A stretch of 32,000 nucleotides of DNA from Wigglesworthia glossinidia endosymbiont of Glossina brevipalpis (GTDB taxonomy: Bacteria; Pseudomonadota; Gammaproteobacteria; Enterobacterales; Enterobacteriaceae): NCBI GenBank assembly GCA_000008885.1, contig BA000021.3:420001-452000 (forward strand), given 5' to 3'. Shown piece after piece: positions 20,801 to 31,108 of this stretch. How positions within the stretch are numbered: position 1 is the first letter of the stretch; each line of letters starts with the position of its first letter. A model generated the notes under the pieces. That model was not told the origin of the DNA. It saw nothing but the letters and a program-made list of their open reading frames with translations, and ran no database searches. The position numbers were made by a program, and so were the translations under genes.

Positions 20801-21313
20801 TATTTCTAAATAATATCTATTATGAAAATATTTCTTATAAAAATTGATACAATATTTTATATTTTCTAAATTATTTTTTATTAAATATTTCCCTATTTCT
20901 CCGTATATTCCTCCAGATAATATAATTAATCCAGAATTATATTTTGATAACCAATACAAATTAATTGTTGGTCCAATATTTGTTTGTCCAAATTGATATG
21001 CTTTAGAAATTAATAAAATTAAATTTTTGTAACCCATGTTATTAGAAGCAAGAATTGTGATTTCTGATATTTCTTCTTTTCCACAAATAATTTTTTTTAA
21101 ATAAAAATCTGATCCAATAATTGGTTTAATTCCATTTTTTTTAGCAAAAATATAAAATTTAATTAAACCATATAGATTTGTAAAATCTGTAATAGCTAAC
21201 GCAGGCATATTTAATTTTTTTGCGCGATTTATAATTGTTTCTATTTTAGGTAATCCATCTATTATGGAATAATCACTATGTATTCTTAAATGGATAAAAT
21301 AGGTTTTAGACAT
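17834..21313 (-). CDS. dnaE: DNA polymerase III subunit alpha
   Basis: 1159-aa ORF; N-terminal PHP domain [14 protein letters not shown], catalytic [45 protein letters not shown] overlap with accA. Confidence 0.99.
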   Translation of the reverse strand: MSKTYFIHLRIHSDYSIIDGLPKIETIINRAKKLNMPALAITDFTNLYGLIKFYIFAKKNGIKPIIGSDFYLKKIICGKEEISEITILASNNMGYKNLILLISKAYQFGQTNIGPTINLYWLSKYNSGLIILSGGIYGEIGKYLIKNNLENIKYCINFYKKYFHNRYYLEITRTGKSEEEIYINYALNLSINYNIPLVATNNVRFIFRNDFNVHNIKVSIYQNTTLKNLKKNNYTDNQYMKCEKEMCDLFSDIPESLENSIEIAKRCNVNIELNKYHLPHFSSGELSPKKYIINKSYLGLEKKLDFLFPNSIEKNKNKKKYETRLKNELKVINKMKFPSYFLIIMEFISWAKKNNIPVGPGRGSGAGSLVAYSLNITDIDPLSFGLLFERFLNPERISMPDFDIDFCMEKRDLVINHVANIYGKKSVAQIITFGKMTARSVIKDVGRVLGFPYRFVDKISKLIPLDPGVTLEKSLNTEHQLIKLYSSDEEVKKIIDMSKNLEGLIKNVSKHAGGIVISPKEITNFTPIYYDIKNNTQITQFDKDDIEKIGLVKFDFLGLRTLTIIDWTVKIINKKREKNNLDLIDISKIPLNDIKSFELLKKSKTISVFQLESKGIRDLIKRLQPDCFEDIISLVALFRPGPLKSGMVENFINRKHGKEKIFYPDKNWQHELLEPILKSTYGIILYQEQVMSIAQVLAGYSLGEADILRRAMGKKKVKEMSEQRNRFKNGALKNGIDKIFSMKIFDLLEKFSGYGFNKSHSAAYALLSYQTLWLKTHYATEFMSSAMSADMDNSDRIISLINECKNIGIKILLPDINTCNYHFKVVDKKIIYGLGAIKGIGLSSIKEIKNQIKKNGNFTDLFDLCLRSDPKKLTRKTIEKLIFSGALDKLNKDRSFNVKNLPYAMKFAQQKIKNKKLGQIDMFNYRLKSKYIFKHFESSMQNFSILEEERNMLGIYLSNHPMKYYLQEFIYYSNRNLIKNINKNSSGKNKNICGMISSVKKIYTKSGDIIISLLLEDSSDILEVILFLKEYEKYKYLIKKNQVVVVYGKIFAKSSYYYPKIICNKITNIYELRKKFLKKINIIIFYNFKESFSLNRIKQILNKFKSGNILIKFFFNIKNKNFPLHKEKNFQIDPSEEFIKEINSTIGIKKIHLEFKKIL

Positions 21314-21334
21314 ATTAATTTACCTTTATTAATT

Positions 21335-22492
21335 TTATTTAATAGTCAATTTATTAATTAAACATGACGCTGAGCAAGCAGCATTATAACTTGAATTACA
21401 ACGAATTTTTTTATGTAATTTATAAAATATTTTTTTTGTTTTTTTATATTTTTTTTTGTCATTAAAAATAATTAAAATTTCTTTTGCTAAAACTTCAGGA
21501 TTACATTCATTTTGAATTTTTTCTGGAACTATTTTTTTTCCAGCTATTAAATTTGGAAGAGATATATAATTAATTTTGATTATTTTTTTTAATAAAAAAA
21601 AATTAATTTTTTTCATGCAATATCCAACAACCATTGGGCATTTAGATAACATACACTCTAAAGTCGCAGTTCCAGAAGTTACAATAGAAAAATCTGAGCA
21701 AGCCATAACTTCATATGAGAAATTATCAAAAATTGTAATCGGTAAATCTGGAGCCACTTCACGTTTTATTTCTTCAAATCTTTTTTTTAGCAAAGAATTA
21801 ACCATTGGAACTAATATTTTAAGATTAAAAATATTTTTTTTTATAATCTTTGCTGCATATAAAAATTTTTTACTTAATAAATTTATTTCTGTTAATCTAC
21901 TACCAGGTAGTAATGCCAAACATACAGAATTTTTGTCTATTTCTAAATTAGATCTTATAGAATATTTATCTGGATATAAAGGAATTTTATCAGCTAAAGG
22001 ATGTCCAACGAATTTACAAGGAATATTAAAATCATCGTATATTTTTTTTTCGAAAGGTAATAAAGCAAGAACTTTATCTACAGATTCTTTTATTTTAAAT
22101 ATCCTGCTTTTTCTCCAAGCCCAAATAGATGGACTTACATAATGTATTATTTTTATACCATTTTTTTTTAATTTAAACTCTAAATGTATATTAAATTCTG
22201 GAGAATCTATTCCTATAAACAAATCAGGTTTTAAAAAAGATAATCTATTGAATATTTTATTTCTTATATTTAATATCTTTGGAATTCTATTTATTATTTC
22301 GAATATTCCCATAATAGATAATTCTTCTATAGAGAACCATGATTCAACATTTTTTTCTTTTAACATTAAAGGACCAGCTATTCCAACAAATTTAATATTT
22401 GAATGAATTATGTTTAATGATTTTATTAATTCTGCACCAAGAAAATCTCCTGAAGCTTCTCCAGCAACTATTCCAATTAATATATTTTTCAT
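21335..22492 (-). CDS. lpxB: Lipid-A-disaccharide synthase
   Basis: 385-aa ORF; VAGEASGDFLGAELI, FIGIDSPEFNI, IHYVSPSIWAWR, LLPGSR, SGTATLECML. Confidence 0.97.
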   Translation of the reverse strand: MKNILIGIVAGEASGDFLGAELIKSLNIIHSNIKFVGIAGPLMLKEKNVESWFSIEELSIMGIFEIINRIPKILNIRNKIFNRLSFLKPDLFIGIDSPEFNIHLEFKLKKNGIKIIHYVSPSIWAWRKSRIFKIKESVDKVLALLPFEKKIYDDFNIPCKFVGHPLADKIPLYPDKYSIRSNLEIDKNSVCLALLPGSRLTEINLLSKKFLYAAKIIKKNIFNLKILVPMVNSLLKKRFEEIKREVAPDLPITIFDNFSYEVMACSDFSIVTSGTATLECMLSKCPMVVGYCMKKINFFLLKKIIKINYISLPNLIAGKKIVPEKIQNECNPEVLAKEILIIFNDKKKYKKTKKIFYKLHKKIRCNSSYNAACSASCLINKLTIK

Positions 22493-22507
22493 TTTTGTGT
22501 ATTTTAT

Positions 22508-23296
22508 TTATCTTATAAAGCCACGACTTGAATTGGAAAAAAAATCTAAAAATAGGTTAATAATTTTATTTGATTCAGAAAGTTTTATTAGTTCTTTTTT
22601 TATATTATTCAAATTATTTCCTCTTTTATATATTATTTTATAAGCATTTTTAATAACAGATATAGTTTTTTTATCAAATCCACGACGTTTCAGCCCTTCA
22701 AAGTTAATTCCAAAAGGAATAGCATGATTTCCTTGAGCTAGTATAAAAGGAGGAACATCTTGAGAAATGCCTGAACATCCTCCAATCATAACATGAGATC
22801 CAATTATGCAATTTTGGTGAACAGCAGTCATTCCTCCTATTACTACATGATTACCAATTTTAACATGCCCTCCTAAAGTAACATTGTTTGCCATAACGCA
22901 ATTATTTTCTATAACACAATCATGAGCAATATGAACATTTACCATGAATAAATTATCATTTCCTATTTTTGTAATCTTGTTAGATTGTACGGTTCCTCTA
23001 TGAATAGTAGAGTTTTCTCTAATTTTATTTCTATCACCAATATAAACTTTTGTATTTTCTCCAGAATATTTTAAATCTTGATTTTCTTCTCCTATCGAAG
23101 AAAATTGATAAATAAAGTTATCTTCCCCTACATATGTTAAACCATTTATTATCACATGTGATTTTAATACTGTTCTTGCTCCAATTTCTACTTGAGAATC
23201 GATAAAACAAAAAGGTCCAACATAAGAATTAGCATGAATGATAGCATTTTTTCTAACAATAGAGCTAGGGTGCACATAAGCTGATTTATCGATCAC
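22508..23296 (-). CDS. lpxA: UDP-N-acetylglucosamine acyltransferase
   Basis: Left-handed beta-helix hexapeptide repeats; [43 protein letters not shown]. The ORF track starts at GTG 23323; the conserved N-terminus (M)[11 protein letters not shown] fits the internal GTG at 23296. Confidence 0.95.
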   Translation of the reverse strand: MIDKSAYVHPSSIVRKNAIIHANSYVGPFCFIDSQVEIGARTVLKSHVIINGLTYVGEDNFIYQFSSIGEENQDLKYSGENTKVYIGDRNKIRENSTIHRGTVQSNKITKIGNDNLFMVNVHIAHDCVIENNCVMANNVTLGGHVKIGNHVVIGGMTAVHQNCIIGSHVMIGGCSGISQDVPPFILAQGNHAIPFGINFEGLKRRGFDKKTISVIKNAYKIIYKRGNNLNNIKKELIKLSESNKIINLFLDFFSNSSRGFIR

Positions 23297-23756
23297 GAAT
23301 TCTAGATTCCCGTCTACGAGCACACATCATAGATGCTTCGCAAGCGACTTCATTATCTACAGTTGCAATTCCATTAAATCTTGCTACTCCCCTTCTTTCT
23401 TTCATAAATGTCACTTTTAGTATCATTTGATCTCCAGGGTATACTGGACGTTTAAATCTTGCTTGATCAATAGCTGCAAAATAATATAATTCTCCAAGAG
23501 ATAGTTTGCCAGAACTTTTAAAAGCTAAAATGCCAGTAGCTTGAGCCATAGCTTCAAGAATAAGAACTCCTGGAAAAATTGGATTTCCTGGGAAATGACC
23601 TTGAAAAAATGGTTCATTAAAAGAAACATTTTTAATTGCACGCAAAAATTTTCCTTTTTCAAAATCCAAAACACGATCAACTAATAAAAAAGGGAAACGG
23701 TGCGGTAAAAATTCTAATATCTCTTCAATATTAAGAATATTGGTTTTATTAGTCAA
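23286..23756 (-). CDS. fabZ: 3-hydroxyacyl-[acyl-carrier-protein] dehydratase FabZ
   Basis: 156-aa ORF; [61 protein letters not shown]. Confidence 0.98.
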   Translation of the reverse strand: MTNKTNILNIEEILEFLPHRFPFLLVDRVLDFEKGKFLRAIKNVSFNEPFFQGHFPGNPIFPGVLILEAMAQATGILAFKSSGKLSLGELYYFAAIDQARFKRPVYPGDQMILKVTFMKERRGVARFNGIATVDNEVACEASMMCARRRESRIRDR

Positions 23757-23872
23757 AACACTATTCCTATCTAAATAGTTATATTAATTTAATATTGTTG
23801 TAAACATAAAAACAAAAATTATTACCTAGTAATATATAAAATGATTTAGTAAATTTATCTATTTAGAACAAA

Positions 23873-24895
23873 CTATTTTTTTTTATATTTTTTTAAAATT
23901 TCTTTTATTTGCTTTTTTATTTTATTTATATTCATAATTAATGCAGTATTCTTTTTCCATTTTTTGTTTAATTGCGCTGGTACTCCTGAGGAATAAATTC
24001 CAGGAGTTTTGATAGAGCGCATTACCATAGACATTCCAGTAATTTTTACTCTGTCACAAATTATAATATGCCCATTAATTACGCTAGCTCCTCCAATAAT
24101 GCAATTACTACCAATAATCAAACTTCCTGCCATCACTACCCCCCCTGCTATAGCGGTATTTTCGCCAATAATTACATTATGTGCAATTTGACATTGGTTA
24201 TCTATTATTACTCCATTTCCTATAACGGTATTATCTATAGATCCTCTATCTATGGTAGTAGAAGATCCAATTTCTACATTGTTTCCTATTACTACTTTTC
24301 CTAAATGAGGAATTTTAATCCAAGATCCATTTTTATTGGCATATCCAAAACCATCTGATCCAATTACAGAACCAGATTGTATAGAACAATTATTTCCGAT
24401 TATAGTACCATGATGTATAGTTGTATTATCCCATAAATGGGTATTACTACCAATAATAGTATTTTCACCTATAAAGCATCCTGATCCAATAATAATATTA
24501 TTTTCTAATTTTACTTTGGACTCAATCACTGTATTATGTCCTATATAAATGTTTTTACCTAATATTGCTTTTTTAGATACAATCGCAGTTGATCTTATTC
24601 TATATTTTGGAATTTTTTTAACATACATAAATTTAACTAATTTTACATAAGCTATATATGGATCTTTAACAACTAATGCAAACTGCTTGCAAAAAGGAAG
24701 ATTATCTTTAGCAAGAATTATTGCGGAAGCTTTGCATGAAGGTAGATATTTTCTAAATTTATTTTTATAAATAAAAGAGATATAACCAGGCTTGGAGTCT
24801 TCTATTGAAGAAATTCCTTTTATTATGAAATTTTTATCACCATATAATTTTGCAGATATTATTTTAGATACATCAGATAATTTTATTTCTAACAT
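23873..24895 (-). CDS. lpxD: UDP-3-O-(3-hydroxymyristoyl)glucosamine N-acyltransferase
   Basis: 340-aa ORF; hexapeptide repeats; VIGSDGFGYANKNGSWIKIPHLGKVVIGNNVEIGSSTTIDRGSIDNTVI, NAHV-type QIAHNVIIGENTAIAGG. Confidence 0.98.
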   Translation of the reverse strand: MLEIKLSDVSKIISAKLYGDKNFIIKGISSIEDSKPGYISFIYKNKFRKYLPSCKASAIILAKDNLPFCKQFALVVKDPYIAYVKLVKFMYVKKIPKYRIRSTAIVSKKAILGKNIYIGHNTVIESKVKLENNIIIGSGCFIGENTIIGSNTHLWDNTTIHHGTIIGNNCSIQSGSVIGSDGFGYANKNGSWIKIPHLGKVVIGNNVEIGSSTTIDRGSIDNTVIGNGVIIDNQCQIAHNVIIGENTAIAGGVVMAGSLIIGSNCIIGGASVINGHIIICDRVKITGMSMVMRSIKTPGIYSSGVPAQLNKKWKKNTALIMNINKIKKQIKEILKKYKKK

Positions 24896-25404
24896 TATTT
24901 TTTATCCATTTTTTTTAAAACATCTTCTGTAATATCATTTATATTATTTGAATAAATTATTGCGCTAGAATCTATAACCAAATTATAACCTTTTTCTAAA
25001 GCTACTTGTTTAACTACCGATTTAATTTGAGTTAAAATTTTATTTTGTTCCTCATTTTGTCTTCTAATTTGGTCTTGATCAAAATATTTAGCTTTATTTG
25101 AAAAATTTTCTTTTTGTGCAGACAGAGCTTCTTCTAAGTTGTTCCTATCATTTATATCCATTTTATTTCCATTTCTTTTTAATATTTCTATCTTTGCATT
25201 TACATCTCTTTGAATGAACTCAAGCTCTGTAGCTCTATCTTGAAATTCAATTTCTAATTTTTTTGCGGCTAAAGCTTGTTGATGAGATTTTTGGAAAATA
25301 TTTACTAAATTAATAATTGCTATATTTGAATTTGCATAAGATTTTTTGCATGAAGCGAAAGCAAAGAATAATATAAAAAAAGAAATAAAAAACTTTTTAT
25401 TCAC
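24895..25404 (-). CDS. skp: Periplasmic chaperone Skp (OmpH/HlpA)
   Basis: 169-aa ORF with signal peptide, followed by ANSNIAIINLVNIFQ, coiled-coil charged middle and VVKQVALEKGYNLVIDSSAIIY; position between bamA and lpxD; TAATG junction with lpxD. Confidence 0.93.
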   Translation of the reverse strand: MNKKFFISFFILFFAFASCKKSYANSNIAIINLVNIFQKSHQQALAAKKLEIEFQDRATELEFIQRDVNAKIEILKRNGNKMDINDRNNLEEALSAQKENFSNKAKYFDQDQIRRQNEEQNKILTQIKSVVKQVALEKGYNLVIDSSAIIYSNNINDITEDVLKKMDKK

Positions 25405-25489
25405 TTATTAATACTCCTTAAATTTACATTTAATTTAACTAACTCAATTTTAATAATTTAAATTAATATTTTTATGTTTTATATAAAAT

Positions 25490-27907
25490 TTACCATATCT
25501 TCCCAATATTAAATTGAATTGGTTCAATACGATCATTAATAATTTTTTTTATTGGAATAGCATAAGATAAAGATACAAGACCAAATGGTGAAATCCATTG
25601 AAGAAAAATACCGCTTGAAATTCTAATACGATCAGATTTAATATATTTTACATTATTAATTTCATTTTGAATTAAAAAATTATCATTTGATGATTTATTC
25701 CAAGAATTTCCTAAATCTAAAAACAAAGAAGTACGTATTAAATTATTATACTGATTTTTTATAAATGGTGTAGGTAAAATTAATTCTATATTTGAAGTTG
25801 TAAGTATATCTCCGCCTATAATATAATCATCATTTAAATCTATACATTTTTTATATTTTTCACATTTTTCAGAAATTAGTTTTGGGCTAATAGTATTATG
25901 ATAAAATCCTCTAACAGAATCATATCCTCCAGTATAAAATTTTTCATAAAATGGAATTTTTTTTCTATGCATTTTATGCAAGTATCCTAGATTTGTTTTC
26001 ATCATAAATATTAATTTATTATCAATTGATAATGGAATAAAATATTTAGAATTTATTAATATTTTAAAATATGAATTACCAGACCCCGGAACAGTAAATT
26101 TACTATTAATATTATTAAATAAACCAGATGTAGAAAAGTATTCTTTATCAATTGTATTATAATTCCAATTAAATATAAAAAAAATATCATCTGATTTAAA
26201 ATCAGATGTTTTATTTTTTTCTTTGCTTAATAAAGAATTATATTTTTTTATATCATTAAAATAATTCCAAATATCAGAATGTGAATTCATTTGTATAGCT
26301 TTATTATGAGTATATTCTAAACCAAAATCTATTATATTATTTTTGTATTCTGGCATAATTATATTAGAACTTAAACCATAATTATATAAATTATAATTAT
26401 TTTTATATGAATTATTTAAATTGAAATTATTAAAAAATATTTTTCCATTAGCATGAGTTCCATTGAGTTTGATATATGGATTAAAAAAAAACATCTCAGC
26501 ATGTGTATGATGATAGTTTTTTTCACCATTAATTTCTATGAAATTTCCACTACCAAAAATATTTTTTTTTGATATTTTAAAATTAAAATTTATTTTATTT
26601 TGTTCTCCAAATCCAATGCCAAAATTTATTTTTCCTATATTGTTTTCTTTTATTTTATAAAAAATATCTAAGTAATTTTCCATATTAGGAGCATTTTTAA
26701 TATTAATATCAATTACTTCAATATAATTTAACTTATTTAAGTTGCTAATATCTTTATATATATTAGAAATCTCTAATGTGCTTCTTTCTAATTGTTTAAG
26801 ATTTCTTCTAATCACATGTTCTTTAGTGTATTCGTTACCAGAAAAATTTATATGATTAACATATAATTTTTGTCCTTTATGTACATTAAATAACAGCTGT
26901 ATTTTATTATTCGAATTGCTTTTTTTTATTTTTAAAAAAATTTTTGGTTCATTGTATCCATGTTTGGATATATTTTTTTTTATTAAATTTTTTATTTTTA
27001 AAATATCATTTTCTTTGTAAAATTTATTAATTATATTTTTTTTTAAGTCTTCTAAATCTTGTGTAACTTCATATCCATTAAAAATAATTTCAGAAATTTT
27101 ATATCTCACGCCTTCATATAAGTAAAAATCAATATAAACAAATTTTTTTTCTTTTATTATATTAACTTTAGTAAAATTTATTTTAAAATCAACATATCCT
27201 TGGTTAAAATAAAAATTTTTTAAAATATTTTTAGTTTTTATTAATTTGTGTTTTTGATATATACATTTTTGAAAAAAGCTTAAACTTGAATTATATTCGC
27301 ATAATTCAATTTTATTAATTAAGTTTTTTTTTGAAAATTTGTTATTTCCTATAAAATTAATTTCTTTTATTAAAACAAAATCTGATTCTTTAATAATGAT
27401 ATTTAAATCAACTTTATTATTTTTCAAATTTATTGAATTTACATTTATTTCAGAATTGTATTTTCCTATATAATCATATATATTTTTTAGGCTTATTTTT
27501 ATCTCTTGCGAAGCAGAAGGATATAAAGGATTTCCTATTTTAATATTTTTGCTTTTTAATATATTTTTTATATTGTTTTTTTCTAAAGAAATATTTCCAG
27601 AAAAAAAAATATTATTAATAATTGGACATTCTTCCACGAATATAATTAAATTGTTTTCTTCATAAGAAATTTTAATTTTATTAAAATTTTTACTATCAAA
27701 TAAAATTCTTATACTTTCTGAAACATCTTGTTTTGTTAATATTTTTCCAATTTTTATTGGAGTTTTTAAAAGTATATGTTCAGTATTAACATGTTTAAAG
27801 CCTTTAAATATTATTTTTTTTACTAAAAATTTTTCATCAACATCAGCAATAGATAAGTTAATTGAAAAAATTATCAATATTAATAAAAATAATTTTTTTA
27901 TTAACAT
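25490..27907 (-). CDS. bamA: Outer membrane protein assembly factor BamA
   Basis: 805-aa ORF; signal peptide, POTRA repeats, GGYDSVRGF barrel motif, C-terminal PIQFNIGKIW ending in Trp. Confidence 0.97.
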   Translation of the reverse strand: MLIKKLFLLILIIFSINLSIADVDEKFLVKKIIFKGFKHVNTEHILLKTPIKIGKILTKQDVSESIRILFDSKNFNKIKISYEENNLIIFVEECPIINNIFFSGNISLEKNNIKNILKSKNIKIGNPLYPSASQEIKISLKNIYDYIGKYNSEINVNSINLKNNKVDLNIIIKESDFVLIKEINFIGNNKFSKKNLINKIELCEYNSSLSFFQKCIYQKHKLIKTKNILKNFYFNQGYVDFKINFTKVNIIKEKKFVYIDFYLYEGVRYKISEIIFNGYEVTQDLEDLKKNIINKFYKENDILKIKNLIKKNISKHGYNEPKIFLKIKKSNSNNKIQLLFNVHKGQKLYVNHINFSGNEYTKEHVIRRNLKQLERSTLEISNIYKDISNLNKLNYIEVIDINIKNAPNMENYLDIFYKIKENNIGKINFGIGFGEQNKINFNFKISKKNIFGSGNFIEINGEKNYHHTHAEMFFFNPYIKLNGTHANGKIFFNNFNLNNSYKNNYNLYNYGLSSNIIMPEYKNNIIDFGLEYTHNKAIQMNSHSDIWNYFNDIKKYNSLLSKEKNKTSDFKSDDIFFIFNWNYNTIDKEYFSTSGLFNNINSKFTVPGSGNSYFKILINSKYFIPLSIDNKLIFMMKTNLGYLHKMHRKKIPFYEKFYTGGYDSVRGFYHNTISPKLISEKCEKYKKCIDLNDDYIIGGDILTTSNIELILPTPFIKNQYNNLIRTSLFLDLGNSWNKSSNDNFLIQNEINNVKYIKSDRIRISSGIFLQWISPFGLVSLSYAIPIKKIINDRIEPIQFNIGKIW

Positions 27908-27943
27908 AATAATTTTTTAATAATTGTTAAAATTTTTTTCATT

Positions 27944-29284
27944 TTATCTAAAAAAATCATTAATCATAGATAAAAACATTATAGTTATTATTATAATTGC
28001 TCCAATCTTGTATATAATTTCTTGAATGTTTTCTTTAATTTTACATTTTGTTATATTTTCTATTAATAAGAAAACAACATGACCTCCATCTAATATGGGT
28101 ATTGGCATTAAATTAACTATTCCTAAATTTATACTAATAATAGATAAAAAAATTACATAATGTATAAATCCATCATCCATAGAATCTTTTATTCCTTTTG
28201 CCATAGATATTGGTCCACTTATATTATTTAAGTTTAGATCTCCAATTATTAATTTAAACAATGAAATTATTATATTTTTTATTATGTAAAAAACTTTTTC
28301 TAATGACATATTAAATGAATCTATAAAATTAAGTTTTATTTTTTGTTTATATTCTTCAGGTATGTAACTTTTTTTAAAAATTATTCCTATTGGTTCATAT
28401 TTTATATTTTTGTTATTATTTTTATCTTTTATAATTTCAGTTCTTATTATATTTCCATTTCTTTCAATTTCTACTTTTAAGTTTTTTTTATAATTATTTT
28501 TTACAACATCAATCAATAAATACCAAGAATCTTTTATTAAAATTTCGTTTATTTTTATAATTTTGTCGTTCTTCTTTAATCCGAATTTATCAGCAATAGA
28601 TCCTGGAATAACAGATTTTATGTATACTGATATATTTGGAATCAATGGAATAATTCCAAATTCTATTATATCATCTTGTTTTTTAATTTTATTTTTAAAA
28701 TCTTTTAAAGATATATTTTTATTAATTAAATTTTTGTTATTTTTTTCTGTTAATTTTATAATAATACTATCTTTCTCTAAAAATAATTTAAAATCATTCC
28801 AATTAAATACTTTAATACCATTAATTTCTTTAATTTCCATTCCTGGTTTTAATCCATGTTTATATGCTGTTGAATCATTTATTGTTTCTTTAATTATTAA
28901 TTTATATCCAGGTATTCCTGTAAAAAAAATAAACCAAAAAGTTATTATAGAAAATAAAATATTACTCAAAGGTCCAGCGATAATAATAGATAATTTTTCA
29001 AAAAAATTTTTAGAGTCAAACGTTTTATTTATTTTTTCTTTGGTAATATTTTTGGATTTATAATTTAGCATTTTTATATAGCCTCCTATTGGCAGCAAGG
29101 ATATAACATATTCTGTTCCTTTTTTGTCAACAGTTTTCCAAATTACTTTTCCTATACCAATAGAAAATTTTTCTACGTGCACTCCTAATTTTCTAGCAAT
29201 AAAAAAATGACCAAATTCATGTATAGTTATTAATATGCTTACAGAAATAATAAAAGAAAAAATATTCCATATAAAATGTAACAT
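27944..29284 (-). CDS. rseP: Site-2 protease family zinc metalloprotease RseP
   Basis: 446-aa ORF; HEFGHFFIARKLGV zinc motif, PDZ-like segments (GLKPGMEIKEINGI), NLMPIPILDGGH. Confidence 0.97.
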   Translation of the reverse strand: MLHFIWNIFSFIISVSILITIHEFGHFFIARKLGVHVEKFSIGIGKVIWKTVDKKGTEYVISLLPIGGYIKMLNYKSKNITKEKINKTFDSKNFFEKLSIIIAGPLSNILFSIITFWFIFFTGIPGYKLIIKETINDSTAYKHGLKPGMEIKEINGIKVFNWNDFKLFLEKDSIIIKLTEKNNKNLINKNISLKDFKNKIKKQDDIIEFGIIPLIPNISVYIKSVIPGSIADKFGLKKNDKIIKINEILIKDSWYLLIDVVKNNYKKNLKVEIERNGNIIRTEIIKDKNNNKNIKYEPIGIIFKKSYIPEEYKQKIKLNFIDSFNMSLEKVFYIIKNIIISLFKLIIGDLNLNNISGPISMAKGIKDSMDDGFIHYVIFLSIISINLGIVNLMPIPILDGGHVVFLLIENITKCKIKENIQEIIYKIGAIIIITIMFLSMINDFFR

Positions 29285-29290
29285 GTTATA

Positions 29291-30160
29291 TCAGCTCCAA
29301 TTACCAAAAATAAAAAAGATCAAATAAAAAAAAATTGGAATAGAAAAAGATAAGCTATCAATACGATCTAAAATACCACCGTGACCAGGAATTATTTTCC
29401 CACTATCTTTAATATTCGCTTTTCTTTTAAACATGCTCATTACTAAATCTCCTAATATTCCAAAAAAAACAGAAATAAAAGAAGAAATAAAAAAAATAAA
29501 TTTATTTACATAAAAAAATTTATATTTATAAAATAAATAAATTGAAATAAAGGATAAAAATATTCCTCCTATAACTCCTTCTAAAGTTTTATTTGGGGAT
29601 ACCATTAAGAATAATTTATGTTTTCCAAGAATCTTTCCAAAAACATATGCTCCTATATCTGCAAAACAAATGCATGTTATTAAGTAAAATATTATCCAAG
29701 ATCCAAAATTACATGAATATAAATTGTACTGATATAATAATATTATTGTTATAAAAAATGGAAAAAATATAAAATATGAAGACATTGTTCTAATAAATAC
29801 ACTCTTATCCCAAAAATAAGAAAATTTAGGATAAAAAAAAGTCATAATTATAAATTGCATCCAACATATAAAGGATATTTCAAAATAATATTTTAAATAT
29901 ATATTTATTTCAAATAAACTTGTTAGGGAATATCTTTCCAAACATTTTATTATTAAATAGAAAAATGAAATAGAAGAAAATAAATATAAAATTTTATATA
30001 TATTGTGTTTTATTTTACATATATTGCTCCATTCCCAAATAGATGTAGCAAATATTGCAACTATAAAATATAAAAAAACATTATTATTAAAATAAAATAA
30101 AATAGATATAATGCATATAAATAAAAACAATGTGCTAATTAATCGAATTTTCAGAAGCAT
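29291..30160 (-). CDS. cdsA: Phosphatidate cytidylyltransferase
   Basis: 289-aa membrane ORF; VSPNKTLEGVIGG and SMFKRKANIKDSGKIIPGHGGILDRIDS signature. Confidence 0.97.
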   Translation of the reverse strand: MLLKIRLISTLFLFICIISILFYFNNNVFLYFIVAIFATSIWEWSNICKIKHNIYKILYLFSSISFFYLIIKCLERYSLTSLFEINIYLKYYFEISFICWMQFIIMTFFYPKFSYFWDKSVFIRTMSSYFIFFPFFITIILLYQYNLYSCNFGSWIIFYLITCICFADIGAYVFGKILGKHKLFLMVSPNKTLEGVIGGIFLSFISIYLFYKYKFFYVNKFIFFISSFISVFFGILGDLVMSMFKRKANIKDSGKIIPGHGGILDRIDSLSFSIPIFFYLIFFIFGNWS

Positions 30161-30917
30161 CTCCTGTTTTTAAATAAATTTTGCTACATTTAGAATTTAT
30201 TTTACCGAATCTACGTTCTCTTTTGGCAAAAGAATTTATTGCATTTGAAAAAATCACATGATCAAAGTCTGGCCATAATACATCTGTAAAAAAAAGCTCA
30301 GAATATGCAATTTGCCAAAGCAAAAAATTACTAATTCTATGTTCTCCTCCTGTTCTAATAACCAAGTCTACTGGAACTAATTCATTCATACAAATAAATC
30401 TGCAGAAATTAGATTCATTTATTTGATCTGGATATATAATTCCTTTTTTGACTTGTTTGGCAATTTTTTTTACACCTTGTATAATATCCCATCTTCCTCC
30501 ATAATTTGCAGCTATATTTAAATTCAAACCATTATTTTTGTAAGTGATTTTTTCAGATTTTTTTATATATTTTTGTAACTTCAAATTAAATTTAGATATA
30601 TCTCCTATGATTTTTAATCTGATATTATTTTTTTTAAAGCTATCTATAGCATTGTTTAAAACACTTGAAAACAATTCCATTAAATCTGAAACTTCTTGTA
30701 TTGGTCTTTTCCAATTTTCGCTGCTAAAAGCATATAATGTAAGAGCGTTTAAATGATTATTTATTGCAAATTTTATTGCTTTTTTTGCAGATTCAACACC
30801 AGCTTTATGACCAAATATCCTTAACTTGCCTCTGTTTTTTGCCCAACGACCATTTCCATCCATAATAATAGCAATATGACGTGGTTTGTTTATGTGTTTG
30901 ATTTTTGTTAATGACAT
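30135..30917 (-). CDS. uppS: Undecaprenyl diphosphate synthase
   Basis: 260-aa ORF; HIAIIMDGNGRWAKNRGK, FGHKAGVESAK, DLVIRTGGEHRISNFLLWQIAYSELFFTDVLWPDF. Confidence 0.98.
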   Translation of the reverse strand: MSLTKIKHINKPRHIAIIMDGNGRWAKNRGKLRIFGHKAGVESAKKAIKFAINNHLNALTLYAFSSENWKRPIQEVSDLMELFSSVLNNAIDSFKKNNIRLKIIGDISKFNLKLQKYIKKSEKITYKNNGLNLNIAANYGGRWDIIQGVKKIAKQVKKGIIYPDQINESNFCRFICMNELVPVDLVIRTGGEHRISNFLLWQIAYSELFFTDVLWPDFDHVIFSNAINSFAKRERRFGKINSKCSKIYLKTGDASENSIN

Positions 30918-31108
30918 TAAAATAATTTTTTATAAATTATATTTATTTTAATTTGTATTAATTTTTTTTATTATACATTTTAAAATAAATATTCTTTAAT
31001 CTAATATTAATAAATAATATTATATAGTTTATTTTTTTAACCAATAAATATATTATAATTATTTAGTTTAAATTAATCAATATTTATATTTATACAAAAT
31101 ATATAATA

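Noticed and set aside
21576-22142. Plus-strand 188-aa ORF inside lpxB
   Set aside because: The longest antisense ORF, but fully within conserved lpxB and without family motifs or a credible start signal.
22410-22643. Plus-strand 77-aa ORF across the lpxB/lpxA junction
   Set aside because: Antisense, low-complexity hydrophobic sequence.
24009-24304. Two overlapping plus-strand ORFs inside lpxD, including a tandem-like Asn/Ser/Tyr-rich peptide
   Set aside because: The repetitive look mirrors the hexapeptide repeats of LpxD on the other strand.
28563-29063. Plus-strand 166-aa ORF inside rseP
   Set aside because: Antisense to conserved zinc protease and PDZ coding sequence.
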